A stretch of DNA of 64,000 nt from Gammaproteobacteria bacterium (lineage in GTDB: Bacteria > Pseudomonadota > Gammaproteobacteria > Ga0077536): positions 992,001 through 1,056,000 of the forward strand of contig CAXXLL010000003.1 in NCBI GenBank assembly GCA_963662545.2, in the 5' to 3' direction. Each line of letters starts with the position of its first letter. Positions within the stretch are counted from its first letter, which is position 1. The notes beneath the pieces are model-generated. The model saw only the letters and a program-made list of their open reading frames with translations, did not search any database and was not told the DNA's origin. Shown piece by piece: positions 10,073 through 19,143 of this stretch. Both the position numbers and the translations under genes were made by a program.

Positions 10073-11434
10073 ATGCGTCAGAAACGCACGGCCCAAGCGA
10101 GTATATACGAGCTGTTTGCTGACCATGACCTGGGGCGAGAGCTGCAGGGCATGTCCGAGTGGCTCGATGCTCACCCCAAGGTCCTCACGCCGGTCATGAA
10201 CGATCTGTGTCGGCGGGGTTTGAAGCCCACCGGTCGACGCGGACTGTCGGCGGAGTCGGTGCTGCGCTGCGCGGTGCTCAAGCAGCACCGGCAATTGAGT
10301 TACGAGGAGCTGGCCTTTCACCTGCAGGACTCGGCGAGCTTTCAGGCCTTCGCCCGGTTGCCGGGTAATGAACGTCCGAAGAAGTCTGCCTTACAGCGGG
10401 TGGTCTCGGCGATCCAGGTATCGACGTGGGAGTCTATTCATCGCGCCCTGCTGGCGACGGCGAAAGAGACGCGCATTGAGCCGGCACAGCGTGTACGGAT
10501 TGATAGCACGGTAACGGACAGTGCCATCCACGCGCCGAGCGACAGTCATCTGCTGTGGGATGGCGTGCGTGTTGTGGTTCGTCTGCTCGCACAGGCGCGC
10601 GAGTTGCCTGGCGCGCCGGAGTTGTGCTTCGTGAACCACACTCGATTGGCGAAGAAGCGTGCGCGGGCGCTGTGGTATGCGCGTGGTGCGAAGCAACGCC
10701 AACGTCTGTATCGCGATTTGATTGGGGCGACGCGTTCAACCTTGGAAGCGGTAGCGAGGGTACGTGAGCAGCTGCTGAGCCCGGGCGTCACCGGCGTTGA
10801 ACTGCCGGACTGGCTAGCGCAGGTAGCGCACTACGAAACACTTGTTCTGCAGGTGATTTCGCAAACTGAGCGGCGGGTGTTCGGCGGTGAGAAGGTCCCC
10901 GCGAGCGAGAAGTGCGTGAGCTTGTTCGAGCCGCATACCGACATCATCATAAAGGGTGCGCGCGACGTTCAGTACGGACACAAAATCAATCTGGCTTCGG
11001 GGCGCAGTGGCCTCATCCTCGACGTGGTCATCGAGCGAGGCAATCCGGTCGATAGTCAGCGCTTCATGCCGATGCTCGAACGGCATCGAACACACTACGG
11101 GACGATGCCACGACAGGTCGCCGCCGATGGCGGCTATGCGAGCCTCGACAATCTCCGGGCGGCGAAAGCAGAAGGCATCGAAGACGTTGCCTTCCACAAG
11201 AAGCGCGGGCTCGCGATCGCCGACATGGTCAAGAGTCAGTGGGTCTATCGACGCTTGCGCAACTTCCGCGCCGGCATCGAGGCCGGTATCTCCTGCCTGA
11301 AGCGTGCATACGGATTGGCACGTTGCACCTGGAAGAGCCTGCCGCACTTCGAAGCCTACGTGTGGTCTTCTGTGGTCGCCTACAGTAACCGGTCAATCCA
11401 GGCCGTTATTCACGGTCTCGGGCAGATGGTTTAG
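10073..11434 (+). CDS. ISNCY DDE transposase, last 11 aa replaced by IS66-derived residues
   Basis: RIDSTV, VAADGGY and FRAGIEAGISCLKR; the native tail NLSLLARYQLE is found after IS66 at about 13747-13782. Confidence 0.9.
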   Translation: MRQKRTAQASIYELFADHDLGRELQGMSEWLDAHPKVLTPVMNDLCRRGLKPTGRRGLSAESVLRCAVLKQHRQLSYEELAFHLQDSASFQAFARLPGNERPKKSALQRVVSAIQVSTWESIHRALLATAKETRIEPAQRVRIDSTVTDSAIHAPSDSHLLWDGVRVVVRLLAQARELPGAPELCFVNHTRLAKKRARALWYARGAKQRQRLYRDLIGATRSTLEAVARVREQLLSPGVTGVELPDWLAQVAHYETLVLQVISQTERRVFGGEKVPASEKCVSLFEPHTDIIIKGARDVQYGHKINLASGRSGLILDVVIERGNPVDSQRFMPMLERHRTHYGTMPRQVAADGGYASLDNLRAAKAEGIEDVAFHKKRGLAIADMVKSQWVYRRLRNFRAGIEAGISCLKRAYGLARCTWKSLPHFEAYVWSSVVAYSNRSIQAVIHGLGQMV

Positions 11435-11470
11435 TTTGCCAGGTTTCCCAGTCAATCGGGAGCTTGGTAA

Positions 11471-11761
11471 ATGAATGATCACGGAAAACCTCGGAACAAA
11501 CGACGTAGTGCGGATGAGTGGCGTGGCCTATTAGCGGAGCAGGCACAAAGCGGTTCATCGATCCGCGCATTCTGTGCTGAGCGAGGAATTGGATATTCGA
11601 CGTTCAGTAAAAGGAAGTCGAGGTCAGCGAGGGACGCTCAGATAGGGAAGGCGGAAACACGTTTCGTCGAGTTGGCCCCGTTACAACCATTAACCAATGC
11701 ACAATGGGATATCGAGTTAGCGCTCGGTGATGACATCGTGCTACGTGTGTCACGGCACTGA
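11471..11761 (+). CDS. tnpA: IS66 accessory protein TnpA
   Basis: W..L..Q..SG.SIRAFC..GI..STF HTH; first ORF of IS66. Confidence 0.9.
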   Translation: MNDHGKPRNKRRSADEWRGLLAEQAQSGSSIRAFCAERGIGYSTFSKRKSRSARDAQIGKAETRFVELAPLQPLTNAQWDIELALGDDIVLRVSRH

Positions 11762-12129
11762 TGTGGTCGCCCCCATCGGGTTTGCGTATATGGTTATGTC
11801 GGGCACCGACTGATATGCGTCAATCGTTCCATGGTTTATCGGCGTTGGTGCGGCAGGCGTTACACGAGGAGCCCCTCGATGGGGCACTGTACGTTTTCGT
11901 CAATCGCCGGCGTACGTTATTAAAAGCGCTGTACTTTGAGTCGGACGGATATTGTCTGTGGAGTAAGAAACTCGAACGCGGTCAGTTCCAGGTTCGGTGG
12001 AATAGCGAGGTCAAACAGCGGCTGCAACGCAGCGAATGGCAGTGCATTATTGAAGGGATCGATCTACGCTCAGTGCGTCGATTAAAACGGTTTCGATTAC
12101 CGGAAAACGATCGACGGTCAGCAGTGTAA
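11761..12129 (+). CDS. tnpB: IS66 accessory protein TnpB
   Basis: PTDMRQSFHGL, LYVFVNRRR and KKLERGQF. Confidence 0.95.
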   Translation: MWSPPSGLRIWLCRAPTDMRQSFHGLSALVRQALHEEPLDGALYVFVNRRRTLLKALYFESDGYCLWSKKLERGQFQVRWNSEVKQRLQRSEWQCIIEGIDLRSVRRLKRFRLPENDRRSAV

Positions 12130-12147
12130 ACGGTACAATACGTACCC

Positions 12148-13731
12148 ATGAATGGGGGTTATGCAACGCCGGAAATATCACTTGATGCGGCGGTGTTACA
12201 AGCGGAAAACACAGCCCTCAAAACGCAGGTCGCCACACTCACCCAACAACTCGACTGGTTCAAACGCCAACTGTTCGGTCGCAAGTCTGAACGGCGGCTG
12301 ATTGATCCCAATCCCGATCAACGGTTACTCAATGGCTTCGAGGATGAGTCGTCATCGACGGCGGCGGTTGAGAAAGAAACGATCACTTATCAGCGGCGCA
12401 AAGGAAAGCGCCGTGGCGATGATTGTGTGACTGATCAAGGGTTACGTTTCGATGACTCGGTGCCGATTGAATGCATCCAATTGTCGGTACCTGAAGATGT
12501 CGCGGATGCGTTTGAAGCGAGCAGTGAAAAGATCACCTATCGTTTAGCGCAACGGCCGGCGGCCTATGTGGTCTTGAAGTACATCCAACCGGTAGTGAAG
12601 CGCAAAAGCGACGGTCAGATCTTCACGATCCCGGCGCCCGATGGTCTGTGGTCCGGCTCATTGGCGGATGTGAGTGTGGTTGCGGGGATGCTGGTTGATA
12701 AGTTCGCTTATCACCTGCCGCTGTACCGTCAACATCAACGAATGGGGCTGAACGGCATTACCGTGGCGCGGTCGAGTCTGACGCACTGGGTGCAGAAGGC
12801 AAGTGACCTGTTGAAGCCGATTTATCTGGCGCAGTTGCGGCATATCTTGTTATCGAAGACGCTGGCGATGGATGAAACGCCGATTAAGGCGGGTCGCTCG
12901 GGCAAGGGCAAGATGAACGCGGCGTGGTATTGGCCAATTTATGGCGAAGCGGATGAGATTGCGTTCACGTTTGCGCGAACCAAGGCGCGGTCGCACATCG
13001 ACAAAACGTTGGTGGACTTTAAAGGCACCTTACTAACCGATGGCGCCGCGGCTTATGCGCGTTTTGCCGCCGATCGCGGCGATGAAGTCGTGCATGCGCA
13101 ATGCTGGGCGCACACGCGTCGTCAGTTCGAAAGGGCATTATCCGATAGGCCACAAAGTGCGGCGCAGGCACTTGATTTGATCGCGGCACTGTATGCCGTT
13201 GAGGCCACCATCCGTGACCAGGCAATGGATGAAGCGGCGACCCAGACCTACCGCAGCCGGTACGCCTTGCCTGCGGTTGATGCATTTTTTGCCTGGCTTG
13301 ACGAGCAACGCCAGTGCATGGGTTTATTACCGAGTCAGCCGTTTACGAAGGCGCTGGCCTATGCAGCCGAGCGTGAGGGCGCGTTACGTGTTTACTTATC
13401 GGATGCGAGCGTCGCGATCGACACGAATCATTTAGAGCGCGCTCTGAGACCCATTCCGATGGGCCGAAAGAATTGGATGTTCTGTTGGACTGAGGTGGGC
13501 GCTGAACACGTTGGGATCATACAAAGTTTGATCTGTACTTGCCGAATACACGGCATTAATCCGTACACCTACCTGGTTGATGTACTCCAGAGGATCGCGA
13601 TCCATCCGGATAGCGCAGTGGAACAACTCACGCCTCGGGTGTGGAAGACATTGTTCGCTACCCAACCGCTGCGTTCTAACTTGGCCGTCGTTACCGCAAC
13701 ACGAGATCAATTACCAGACGCCGCCGTTTGA
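12148..13731 (+). CDS. tnpC: IS66 transposase TnpC
   Basis: HLPLYRQ, MDETP, CWAHTRR, IDTNHLERALRP and GRKNWMF; stop codon lies inside the right TIR. Confidence 0.96.
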   Translation: MNGGYATPEISLDAAVLQAENTALKTQVATLTQQLDWFKRQLFGRKSERRLIDPNPDQRLLNGFEDESSSTAAVEKETITYQRRKGKRRGDDCVTDQGLRFDDSVPIECIQLSVPEDVADAFEASSEKITYRLAQRPAAYVVLKYIQPVVKRKSDGQIFTIPAPDGLWSGSLADVSVVAGMLVDKFAYHLPLYRQHQRMGLNGITVARSSLTHWVQKASDLLKPIYLAQLRHILLSKTLAMDETPIKAGRSGKGKMNAAWYWPIYGEADEIAFTFARTKARSHIDKTLVDFKGTLLTDGAAAYARFAADRGDEVVHAQCWAHTRRQFERALSDRPQSAAQALDLIAALYAVEATIRDQAMDEAATQTYRSRYALPAVDAFFAWLDEQRQCMGLLPSQPFTKALAYAAEREGALRVYLSDASVAIDTNHLERALRPIPMGRKNWMFCWTEVGAEHVGIIQSLICTCRIHGINPYTYLVDVLQRIAIHPDSAVEQLTPRVWKTLFATQPLRSNLAVVTATRDQLPDAAV

Positions 13732-14044
13732 CCGGTTACCGCCTACAACCTCAGCCTGCTCGCGCGCTATCAACTCGAATAGCGACGTTCACTCGCACTA
13801 ACTGACCTCCTCGATATCGTCGAACGGGCGACTTTGGGTTGCAGCGCTCTGCGGCCGGCGAACGTACTCACAATTACGCTCGAAGAGCCCTTCGACCCCC
13901 ACCGAACCGCCGCTACCGCTCCAACAACCTACTTTCAACACCTCGATTTCTCCGTGCCCATCGAAGAAAATGCCTGTTTATGGACGGACACTAGCTAGGT
14001 CGTACAATAGATGCACGACTGCTCAGAGAAGAATTTGCCTTCTT

Positions 14045-14081
14045 GCAGGCCGGCGAAAAATTCATCCCTTCGCCAGCCCGT
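14045..14081. repeat. 37-bp palindromic mini-element (copy A)
   Basis: GCAGGCCGGCGAAAAA-TTCAT-CCCTTCGCCAGCCCGT; same 16-5-16 layout as 16230-16266. Confidence 0.5.
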
Positions 14082-14154
14082 TTCCCGCTATTTCGATGTA
14101 TCGGAATCGCGCCCCCAGCCTCTACTATTGCACGAAGGCGGGCTAAGGTCCGGA

Positions 14155-15378
14155 TTATGGATTACGAACGTTGTCGAGGATGTGAATCGGCCGCTGGAAA
14201 TTCATCACCAGTCCGTAGCTGACATTGTCGAAGGTTCGAAAAACCAGCAACTCTCCGGCACGTTCTTCGGGCAATTTCACCCGTTTAGGACTCCCTCCGC
14301 CAATCGGTGTACCGACGAAATTTCTCGCTGCCCGATCGATATCGCGAATATCGTTCGCGATGGACTCGAAAAATCGCCCGGCGGCGGAAGGATTCTCCCG
14401 TTCCCGGCGCTGGTACTCTTCCCGCATTTCACGGTCGGCGATATCACTGGCGATGGGGTCGTCGATGATTTTGCCATCCTGGTAGATCGCGAGCACGTGT
14501 CCGGGTTCGAGGCCATCGTTGTCACCCCGGTTTAAAACGACTACCTGGTGTTGACCGATCTGCGATACCCCTTCGATCATCGAGATGATCTTGCCGTCGA
14601 CAGGGGAACTCGGTGAATGCGGAATTAATTCGGGAATTTCATCGCGCAGCTGTGGCATCAAACGGTCACCTTTGAGAATTTCCCGGCTGGATTTGACGAT
14701 AAATACCGTTGCCGGATCGCCAAACTTCTCGACCAAGCCGTCGCCGACGTGCAGCGCTTCGTAACCCAAAATGGCGCCCGTCCCAGGATCCCGGTAAGTG
14801 GGCCCTTGACGATAAATGGAGAACTTATTGGTGTTCGATTCGCGCAGGCCGCGAACGTAGACGCGCAGACCCGAACCGAAAGCAAGGCCTTCGTCCCAGC
14901 TGCCGACGATGTACGGCGCCTGCCCGAGCTCATTTTCAGATACCACCCGCGGACGCGTCAGAAACTGCTGCACCGCATCGAGCGGTATCGTACGAATGGC
15001 GTCTTCGTGTCGCGTTTCGCGGATACTGGGGGACAACTTGATGCTTCGGTTGCCGTCGCTCACCTCGCCTAACAGGTCGTCCGTGTCGGCGCTCATGTCT
15101 GCTTGAGCGATGCCGAGCGTCGGTTTTCCGTCCTTGAAGGTGAGCGCGACGACGTCACCCGGGTAGATCAGGTGCGGATTCTCTATCTGCGGATTAGTCT
15201 CCCAGATATCGGGCCACTGCCATGGTTGGGTCAGGAACCGTCCCGCAATGCCCCAAAGGGTATCGCCCTTCTGAACTGTATATTTTTCGGGATGATCCGC
15301 GCGTAACTGCACTTCGTCGGCGACGACGGTTGTACAGAACAAAAACAACCCAAGAAAAATAGGCATTTTCCTAAACAT
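14155..15378 (-). CDS. LysM peptidoglycan-binding protein, TsaP-like (type IV pilus secretin-associated)
   Basis: Signal peptide; YTVQKGDTLWGIA..PWQWPDIW..NPQIENPHLIYPGD; C-terminal KLPEERAG.L.VFRTF; divergent from def and upstream of dprA. Confidence 0.88.
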   Translation of the reverse strand: MFRKMPIFLGLFLFCTTVVADEVQLRADHPEKYTVQKGDTLWGIAGRFLTQPWQWPDIWETNPQIENPHLIYPGDVVALTFKDGKPTLGIAQADMSADTDDLLGEVSDGNRSIKLSPSIRETRHEDAIRTIPLDAVQQFLTRPRVVSENELGQAPYIVGSWDEGLAFGSGLRVYVRGLRESNTNKFSIYRQGPTYRDPGTGAILGYEALHVGDGLVEKFGDPATVFIVKSSREILKGDRLMPQLRDEIPELIPHSPSSPVDGKIISMIEGVSQIGQHQVVVLNRGDNDGLEPGHVLAIYQDGKIIDDPIASDIADREMREEYQRRERENPSAAGRFFESIANDIRDIDRAARNFVGTPIGGGSPKRVKLPEERAGELLVFRTFDNVSYGLVMNFQRPIHILDNVRNP

Positions 15379-15542
15379 GTCAATACCCTTACGTGACTTC
15401 CTTAATGTAGTTTAGCAGATTTGATAAAAAAGGGAACCTGTAACGGCGTGTTATGAGACGGCCGGCGTATTGCGGAATCTCGTTGAGTAATCAGTGTCTT
15501 ACAAGTATTCTCCCAACATACTAAGCAGTCTGTCGATGAGCC

Positions 15543-16046
15543 ATGGCAATCCTGCAAATTCTCCACCATCCTGACCCCCGGTTACGCAATAAGGCGCGGC
15601 CGGTGACCACCTTCGACCGTGGTCTAAAGTCCCTGATCGACGACATGCTGGAGACGATGTACGCCGCGCCTGGTATCGGGCTGGCCGCAACCCAGGTCAA
15701 CGTCCATCGACGAATCCTGGTGCTGGACGCCGCGCCGGACAAGAGCAGCCCCATGCATTTCGTCAACCCTAAGATTGTCGAATCCGAGGGCCTGAACGAG
15801 ACCGAAGAAGGATGTCTTTCGGTACCGGGCGTGTTCGAAACCATCGAGCGCGCCGAACGCATTCTGCTGACCGCATTCGATGGTGCCGGTAGCGCACTCG
15901 AGCTCGAAGCGGACGGATTACTGGCCGTCTGTATTCAGCATGAAATCGACCATCTCGACGGTAAACTATTCATCGACTACCTGTCCCAGCTCAAGCAGAA
16001 CAGGATCCGAAAGAAGCTCGAAAAAGACCAACGACTGGCAATGTAG
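15543..16046 (+). CDS. def: peptide deformylase
   Basis: [13 protein letters not shown] and QHEIDHLDG. Confidence 0.99.
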   Translation: MAILQILHHPDPRLRNKARPVTTFDRGLKSLIDDMLETMYAAPGIGLAATQVNVHRRILVLDAAPDKSSPMHFVNPKIVESEGLNETEEGCLSVPGVFETIERAERILLTAFDGAGSALELEADGLLAVCIQHEIDHLDGKLFIDYLSQLKQNRIRKKLEKDQRLAM

Positions 16047-16229
16047 TACGCGCCAACCACTACGCGATAGCCTGGCCCGCTTATCGCGCAAAGGGGCTCG
16101 TGGCGCGCAAAGAAGTTGTCGAGCAAACACGATTGATCAGACCATTCGACGATGTTCGAGGAAATCGCAATTCCTTCCGCCGCTTGCAGCCTGCGACCGC
16201 TGCGGTACCCGCCGTCCTTCATGCAGTAG

Positions 16230-16266
16230 GCGGGCTGATGAAGAATCAAGTTTTTCTTCAGCCTGT
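16230..16266. repeat. 37-bp palindromic mini-element (copy B)
   Basis: GCGGGCTGATGAAGAA-TCAAG-TTTTTCTTCAGCCTGT in the def-fmt spacer. Confidence 0.55.
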
Positions 16267-16334
16267 TAATCTAAAGGTGCGAGAAAACACCGCGTCGCCC
16301 TAATTTCCGCATCGGGCGACAGCGGCACACCGTT

Positions 16335-17258
16335 ATGGAATCCATTCGAACTGTATTTGCCGGTACACCGGCTTTTGCCGTACCCAGCCTGCAGGCGCTG
16401 CAGGCCCACCCCAGCGTCAATGTCGTTGCGGTCTACACGCAACCGGATCGACCGGCTGGCCGCGGACGACGCTTGACTGCGAGTCTGGTTAAACAAACGG
16501 CCGTGGCTGCCGGTCTTGCGGTCGAACAACCGCCGGATCTGAAACCGCTCGCCGCGTTGCAGCGATTCGCTTCTTACAAACCTGATCTCCTGGTTGTTGC
16601 CGCCTACGGACTCATACTGCCGAGCGACTATTTGGGCGTTCCTGCTGCCGCTATCAATGTTCACGCATCCTTACTGCCCCGTTGGCGCGGTGCGGCTCCT
16701 ATTCAACGCGCCTTGATGGCTGGCGACGACCGCACCGGGATTTCAATCATGCGGATTGTGGAACGTCTGGATGCGGGGCCGGTCTGGTTATCAAAGGACT
16801 GCCTCATCACCAACACTGATACCGGAGGCACACTGCACGACCGGCTTGCGCTCCTGGGATCCGATGCATTGAACGAATCAATCGGCCGATTCCTTAAAGG
16901 TTCAATTGTCGAATCGCCACAAAATGAGGCATCAGCGATCTACGCCGAGAAAATTACCTCCGAGGATCGCACGATAAATTGGTCCGATCCATCGGCGAAG
17001 ATCGCATTTCAGGTCCGCGCGCTCAATCCCGTGCCGGCCGCCGCGACCCGCCTTGGCAAAATGGATATCAAGGTATTTGAATGCCGTATCGAAAGCTCAG
17101 GAAAACAATCTAGTCCCGGGAGCATATTGGGCTTGAGCCGGGATGGGATAAAAATGGCGACGGGCGACGGCATACTGTCTATTGTTGAACTACAGCCTCC
17201 TGGTAAACACCGCATGTCGGCCGAATCGTTTATCAACGGATACGGGAGCCAGCTTTGA
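16335..17258 (+). CDS. fmt: methionyl-tRNA formyltransferase
   Basis: FAGTPAFA, TQPDRPAGRG, NVHASLLPRWRGAAPIQRA and LDAGP. Confidence 0.98.
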   Translation: MESIRTVFAGTPAFAVPSLQALQAHPSVNVVAVYTQPDRPAGRGRRLTASLVKQTAVAAGLAVEQPPDLKPLAALQRFASYKPDLLVVAAYGLILPSDYLGVPAAAINVHASLLPRWRGAAPIQRALMAGDDRTGISIMRIVERLDAGPVWLSKDCLITNTDTGGTLHDRLALLGSDALNESIGRFLKGSIVESPQNEASAIYAEKITSEDRTINWSDPSAKIAFQVRALNPVPAAATRLGKMDIKVFECRIESSGKQSSPGSILGLSRDGIKMATGDGILSIVELQPPGKHRMSAESFINGYGSQL

Positions 17259-18574
17259 GCCGCAAAGCGCAGTCCGCAAGAACCGTTTGCGCGCGCCTGA
17301 TAAAGGCGATCGTTAACGACGGTCGGTCCCTGTCCACAGCTGGACCCGCCATCCTGGCGGAAGTTGAAAACGAGCGGGATCGCGCTTTCGTACAGGCTTG
17401 CGTCTACGGCGTTCTCAGAAATTACTATTCATTGCGTGCTCGGCTCGCCGGTTTACTCGAGCGTCCTCTGCGCGCTAAAGACGCGGATATCGAAGCGCTG
17501 CTCGTGGGCGGGATATATCAAATCGGCCATATGGGAGTTCCTGACCATGCCGCCGTGTCCGCTTGCGTAGATGCCGCGCGCGAGTTGGGAAAATCCTGGG
17601 CTTGCTCCCTGGTAAACGGCGTTTTGCGGAACGCAATACGGCAGAAGTCTCACACGACCGAAACTGCGGACGAATCCGTAATTTTCGACTATCCGCAATG
17701 GATGATCGACCGTTTCCGCAGCGATTGGCCGGATCAATGGGAGGCAATTCTTAGATCCGGCAACAACCATGCGCCCATGACTCTTCGCGTAAATCAGCAA
17801 CGAACGACCGTGGATAAATACAGATCGATACTTGCCAATGTGGGGATCGAATCGCAACCTACGTCTTTTTCCGAGGTCGGTCTCAAATTGGAACGGCCGG
17901 CGCCGGTTGGCGCTTTACCCGAGTTCGACCGTGGATGGGTTTCCGTACAGGATGAAGCGGCCCAATTAGCCGTGCCGCTCCTCGCGCCGCAAACAGGTGA
18001 AAAAATCCTCGATGCCTGCGCCGCACCTGGCGGTAAAACAGGTCATTTACTCGAGAGCACAGACGGAAATTTCGACCTTCTTGCGCTCGACAAGTCGAAC
18101 GCCCGCATGGAGAGCGTCGAAGAAAATTTAAAACGCATTGGCCAGCAATGTGCACTACGAGTCGCTGATGCCGCAGCGCCCGGCGAATGGTGGGACGGCG
18201 AACCATTCGATGCCATTCTGCTGGACGCCCCGTGCACCGGGCTCGGCATTATTCGTCGACATCCCGATATACGTCTTCATCGCCGTGCTGAAGACGTTGA
18301 GAATCTTGTAGAAACGCAGCTTTACTTGCTCAGGACTTTATGGCGGTTACTACGCGCAGGCGGTAGGCTCTTATACGTTACCTGTTCGATAATACCCGGC
18401 GAAAACGACTTCGTCATCGCCTCATTGCTCGCGGAGCAGAGAGACGTATGCGTTCAGCCCCTGCAAGAAAATTGGGGCAGAAAAACTCAATACGGTCGTC
18501 AAATTCTCCCCGGAGAAGATGAAATGGATGGGTTCTATTACGCTTTCCTGATCAAGGACCCGATCGATCGATGA
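17255..18574 (+). CDS. rsmB: 16S rRNA m5C967 methyltransferase
   Basis: NusB-like N-terminus, VQDEAAQ, LDACAAPGGKT, LLDAPC and YVTCS. Confidence 0.97.
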   Translation: MSRKAQSARTVCARLIKAIVNDGRSLSTAGPAILAEVENERDRAFVQACVYGVLRNYYSLRARLAGLLERPLRAKDADIEALLVGGIYQIGHMGVPDHAAVSACVDAARELGKSWACSLVNGVLRNAIRQKSHTTETADESVIFDYPQWMIDRFRSDWPDQWEAILRSGNNHAPMTLRVNQQRTTVDKYRSILANVGIESQPTSFSEVGLKLERPAPVGALPEFDRGWVSVQDEAAQLAVPLLAPQTGEKILDACAAPGGKTGHLLESTDGNFDLLALDKSNARMESVEENLKRIGQQCALRVADAAAPGEWWDGEPFDAILLDAPCTGLGIIRRHPDIRLHRRAEDVENLVETQLYLLRTLWRLLRAGGRLLYVTCSIIPGENDFVIASLLAEQRDVCVQPLQENWGRKTQYGRQILPGEDEMDGFYYAFLIKDPIDR

Positions 18575-19143
18575 AACGGCATCTGAACTGGGTTCAAAAT
18601 GGCTTCGTTTCGATCACACTGTTTCTGGCGATCATCTGCGGTCCTGTCTATGCAAGTGACATCTTCGTTAAGAACGCAGACACAGAAATCGTCAATGACA
18701 TGGTACTCGTCAATGCGGATGCGTCTTTTGATTTCAGCGAAGATGCATTGAACGCTCTGCATAGCGGCATACCAATCACGATCGAGTTGGACATCAAGAT
18801 CACGCGGCCCCGCAACTATCTATGGGACCCCAAACTGATCAGTACTCACCGCGAGTATTCGATCCAGCGCCACGCTTTAAGTGAGCAGTTTATCTTGACT
18901 GAATTGATTACAAGCGCTCGACACATTCATGGTTCGCTTGAGCTCGCGATTGACGATCTGGGCAGAATTCGCGGACTTCCGCTCGCTGAAATCTCCGAAC
19001 TCGACAATCAAACACTTTACAATATTAGCTTGCGAATCCGCCTCGACATCGAATCGCTACCTGCGCCGATGATTCCGCTTGCATACATTTCGCCAAGCTG
19101 GCACATGTCCAGTGGATGGTATCGATGGAAGACCAGCCTCTAA
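18571..19143 (+). CDS. DUF4390 family periplasmic protein
   Basis: Signal peptide, ALHSGIPI and LDIESLPAPM..W...SGW; conserved position between rsmB and ntrY. Confidence 0.85.
   Translation: MKRHLNWVQNGFVSITLFLAIICGPVYASDIFVKNADTEIVNDMVLVNADASFDFSEDALNALHSGIPITIELDIKITRPRNYLWDPKLISTHREYSIQRHALSEQFILTELITSARHIHGSLELAIDDLGRIRGLPLAEISELDNQTLYNISLRIRLDIESLPAPMIPLAYISPSWHMSSGWYRWKTSL

Larger units (their letters stand above)
11385..13739 (+). mobile_element. IS66-family element, 2355 bp, apparently intact
   Basis: 12-bp perfect TIR GTAACCGGTCAA; 8-bp TSD CGCCTACA (11377-11384, 13740-13747); tnpA-tnpB-tnpC organisation. Confidence 0.97.
9932..13991 (+). mobile_element. ISNCY element copy 1 (ISDol1-like, 1697 bp) interrupted by IS66
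   Basis: Ends GTGTGCATCCCTAAAC / GTTTATGGACGGACAC; TAGCTA duplicated at 9926-9931 and 13992-13997; 4060-2355-8=1697 bp, equal to copy 2 minus its 60-bp duplication. Confidence 0.93.

Noticed and set aside
16047-16229. CGCGCAAAG twice in the def-fmt spacer as a c-di-GMP-I riboswitch or CGCAAAG element
   Set aside because: No GGCAAAC/GNRA P2 stem and no complementary arm found.
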